Shown: in pieces, positions 15,797-18,297 of the stretch | How positions within the stretch are numbered: position 1 is the first letter of the stretch | How the letters are laid out: the number at the start of each line of letters is the position of its first letter | From: an uncultured Candidatus Rokubacteria bacterium | Lineage (GTDB): Bacteria; Methylomirabilota; Methylomirabilia; Rokubacteriales; CSP1-6 | Reading direction: 5' to 3' | NCBI GenBank assembly: GCA_963789955.1 | Contig: CAWBMV010000026.1 | Location: 1 to 18,297, forward strand | DNA: 18,297 bases | Notes under the pieces: model-generated | Seen by the model: the letters and a program-made list of their open reading frames with translations, nothing else | Told to the model about the DNA's origin: nothing | Database searches by the model: none | Position numbers and translations under genes: made by a program

Positions 15797-17956
15797 ATGA
15801 CTGACAACGGGAACCTCGATTCTCGGCTCGACCTGCTCCTACGTCTCGTTGAGAGCATCACGGCATCGCCCGACCTCGACCAGGTGCTCCGCCGTGTCGT
15901 CCGGTCGGCTACCAGTCTCGTGAACGACTCGCTGGCGACATTCTGGATCCTCGAGGGCTCGAGGCTGGTGGCGTGGGCGCGGGCCGGGGTGCGGAATCGC
16001 ACGCGCGTGACCGGCCGAACGGAGTTCGCCCTCGGCGAGGGTCTCGTCGGTCACGCCGCGCTGGAGCGACGGACCCTGCTGGTACCCGACGTCCTGGCCG
16101 ACCAGCGCACGGTCGACCGCGCCTACTTCGCCGCGTCGGGCATGGCTGCCTGCGCGGCGGTTCCGCTCGTCTCGCACGGCCAGCTCGTCGGCGTCCTCGC
16201 GCTCGTTGCGCGCCGCGCCGAGGACCTCGGCGCCACCGAGGTCCAGATGCTGACGGCCTTCGGAGCCCATGCCGCGATCGCGATCGAGAGCGCCCAGCTC
16301 TATGCCGACGCCGAGCGCCGGCGCCGCGAGGCGCAGACGGTCGCCGACGTCGCGCGCGACCTCGCGGAGTGCCACGACCTTGACACGGTCCTCGCCCGAA
16401 TCGCGCGAGGCGCCAACACTCTCTGCGCCGCCGACGTGACGAGCCTGGCGGTGCGCGACGCCGACGGCTCCTTCCCGGCCCGGCACGTCATCGGAGCGCG
16501 CACCGACGCCTATCGGCGCTTCCGTGTCGTGCCGGGCCTGGGCATCGGGGGTCACGCGGTGGTCAGTGGTCGGCTCGGGCGTGCGGCCGAGCGTGTCGCG
16601 TGGCCGCCGATGCCGCCAGAATACGCCGAGGCGATCGACGCCGAAGGTATCCGCAGTGCGCTCGCCGTCCCCATCGTTCTCGGGCAGGATGTCGAGGGAC
16701 TCCTCTACGTTTGCAGTCGTACGCCCCGGTCGTTCAGCGACAACGACGAGGCCGTGCTGATGAGGCTGGCCGACCACGCCGCCGCCGCGATTCACAACCA
16801 TCGCCTCTTCGGGGCCGAGCAGGCCGCTCGGACACAGGCCCAGACGTCGGCCCAGGACTTCCGCGACCTCGTCGACACGCTCGACGCGATCGTCGTCGAC
16901 GCCGATGCGGAGACGTTTCAAGTCACTTTCGTCAACCACCGCGCGGAGGCCATCCTGGGCTATTCGCGGCAAGAGTGGTATGCCGACCCACACTTCTGGG
17001 CCAATCACGTTCACCCCGACGATCGGGATTGGGCCGTGGCGTTGTGCACACAGGCGACGGCCGACGGCCACGACCACGTCATGCAATACCGGATGCTGAC
17101 GGCCGACGGCCGCGTGCTGTGGGTGCACGACATGATACGGGTCGTGGCGGCCCGGGCCGATGGTCGGCGCCAGTTGCGGTCCGTGATGGTCGACATCACC
17201 GAGCGCAAACAGGCCGAGCTGGAGGTTCAACAACAGCGACAGGTACTCACACACCTGACCCGCGTGGCCACGCTGGGCGAACTATCCGGTGCGCTCGCCC
17301 ATGAGTTGAGCCAGCCGTTGACGTCCATTTTGAGCAACGCACAGGCGGCGCAGCGGTTCTTGACCCGTGAGCCCGTCGATCTGGGTGAGGTGCGTGACAT
17401 CCTGAAGGACATCGTGGACGACGACCGACGCGCCGGCGCGGTCATTCGTCGATGGCGCACGCTCCTGAGGAAGGGCGAGACCCAGCTCCATCCGCTCGAC
17501 CTGAACGACGTGACGAACGAAGTGCTCCGCTTGGCTCACAGCGAGCTCATCGCTCATCGCGTGACCGTCACCGCCCGGCTGACGCCCGGCCTGCCCGCGG
17601 TGCGTGGCGACCGCGTCGGATTGCAGCAGGTGCTATTGAATCTGATCGTCAACGCGTGCGACGCCATGAAGCTGAACGAGCCAGCCCAGCGCCATCTGAC
17701 TGTCATCACTGGGCCCGATGGGGCAGGCGCGGTCCAGGTGTCGATCGCGGACCGCGGCGTCGGCATCCCAGCCGACAAGATCGAGCGGGTGTTCGAGCCG
17801 TTCTTCACGACCAAGGAGCACGGGGTGGGGCTGGGGCTTGCGATCTGCCGCTCGATCGTGGCGGCGCACGGCGGCCGCATGTGGGTCACCAACAATTCGG
17901 ATCGCGGCGCCACCTTCTGCTTCGCCCTGTCGGCGCAGTCCGGTGACGAGCCATGA
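15797..17956 (+). CDS. Cytoplasmic sensor histidine kinase, GAF-GAF-PAS/PAC-HisKA-HATPase (FixL/TodS-type core)
   Basis: GAGAGG RBS before ATG 15797; two GAFs (GEGLVG..AVPLV..LVGVL..AAIAIESAQL; GLGIGG..LAVPI..AAAAIHNHRL); PAS (VHPDDR..YRM..DGRVLWV..DITERK); H-box LAHELSQPL, N-box QQVLLNLIVNA, DRGVGI, FEPFFTTK, GLGLAI; no TM segment. Confidence 0.95.
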   Translation: MTDNGNLDSRLDLLLRLVESITASPDLDQVLRRVVRSATSLVNDSLATFWILEGSRLVAWARAGVRNRTRVTGRTEFALGEGLVGHAALERRTLLVPDVLADQRTVDRAYFAASGMAACAAVPLVSHGQLVGVLALVARRAEDLGATEVQMLTAFGAHAAIAIESAQLYADAERRRREAQTVADVARDLAECHDLDTVLARIARGANTLCAADVTSLAVRDADGSFPARHVIGARTDAYRRFRVVPGLGIGGHAVVSGRLGRAAERVAWPPMPPEYAEAIDAEGIRSALAVPIVLGQDVEGLLYVCSRTPRSFSDNDEAVLMRLADHAAAAIHNHRLFGAEQAARTQAQTSAQDFRDLVDTLDAIVVDADAETFQVTFVNHRAEAILGYSRQEWYADPHFWANHVHPDDRDWAVALCTQATADGHDHVMQYRMLTADGRVLWVHDMIRVVAARADGRRQLRSVMVDITERKQAELEVQQQRQVLTHLTRVATLGELSGALAHELSQPLTSILSNAQAAQRFLTREPVDLGEVRDILKDIVDDDRRAGAVIRRWRTLLRKGETQLHPLDLNDVTNEVLRLAHSELIAHRVTVTARLTPGLPAVRGDRVGLQQVLLNLIVNACDAMKLNEPAQRHLTVITGPDGAGAVQVSIADRGVGIPADKIERVFEPFFTTKEHGVGLGLAICRSIVAAHGGRMWVTNNSDRGATFCFALSAQSGDEP

Positions 17957-17993
17957 CCTCAGGGCGCCAGGGGTGCCGCCGTAGAGACCCGTC

Positions 17994-18297
17994 TTACGGC
18001 TTGGCCGGCGGGTAGTCGCGCCCGTACGCGGGCATCTTCAAGAACTCGTCGGGCTTGTACGTCCAGAACTGCGAGACCATCGGGTAGGTGATCCTCCGGC
18101 CCGCGGTCTGATACCCGATCTGCTCGAAGGCCAGCTTGAGCCCCTCGAGCATGTCCTTGCCGGCCTGGGCGAAGATCCCGGTCATCGGCGCCATGAAGCC
18201 GACCTTGATCGTGTCCGCAGCCAAGGCGACGTCGGCGCCCGCCGCCACACACGAAGTCAACACGAGCGCCGCGAGGGTCCTGCCCAACCACGGGCCT
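17994..18297 (-). pseudogene. Branched-chain amino acid-type ABC substrate-binding protein gene with a large in-frame internal deletion; start may lie beyond the window
   Basis: Signal peptide + TIKVGFMAPMTGIFAQAGKDMLEGLKLAFEQIGYQTAGRRI (family N-terminus) joined at ~18089 directly to TYPMVSQFWTYKPDEFLKMPAYGRDYPPAKP* (C-terminal tail); ~100 aa versus ~400 aa typical. Confidence 0.85.

Noticed and set aside
1..18297. tRNA, rRNA or known riboswitch
   Set aside because: No recognisable cloverleaf, rRNA segment or riboswitch consensus seen by eye; not excluded without an Infernal search

Overview
High-GC bacterial chromosomal segment. The gene content and style suggest Ca. Rokubacteria/Methylomirabilota, but that is an inference. 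It opens with a complete-length but heavily frameshifted DDE insertion sequence (~2-1368) that has double 35-bp-period terminal repeats. Then come an ABM monooxygenase, an MFS transporter, a PQQ-type sugar/sorbosone dehydrogenase with a di-haem cytochrome c, an AMP-binding ligase, a minus-strand amidohydrolase-LLM-RidA operon, two VOC proteins, an FAH-family hydrolase, a second LLM, a thioesterase and a GAF-GAF-PAS histidine kinase. Two things stand out. (1) A 681-aa stand-alone protein fuses a Sll1717/FunZ-like P-loop ATPase to a divergent class III nucleotidyl cyclase, with atypical specificity residues and no obvious effector. (2) Many apparent intergenic gaps hold collapsed genes that keep their 3' tail and often their RBS and start but lack the middle: CMD/AhpD, ICMT-like, beta-barrel OMP, amidohydrolase, CopA, ABC substrate-binding protein and possibly a response regulator. 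Several single-base frameshifts in otherwise intact genes look like long-read errors.
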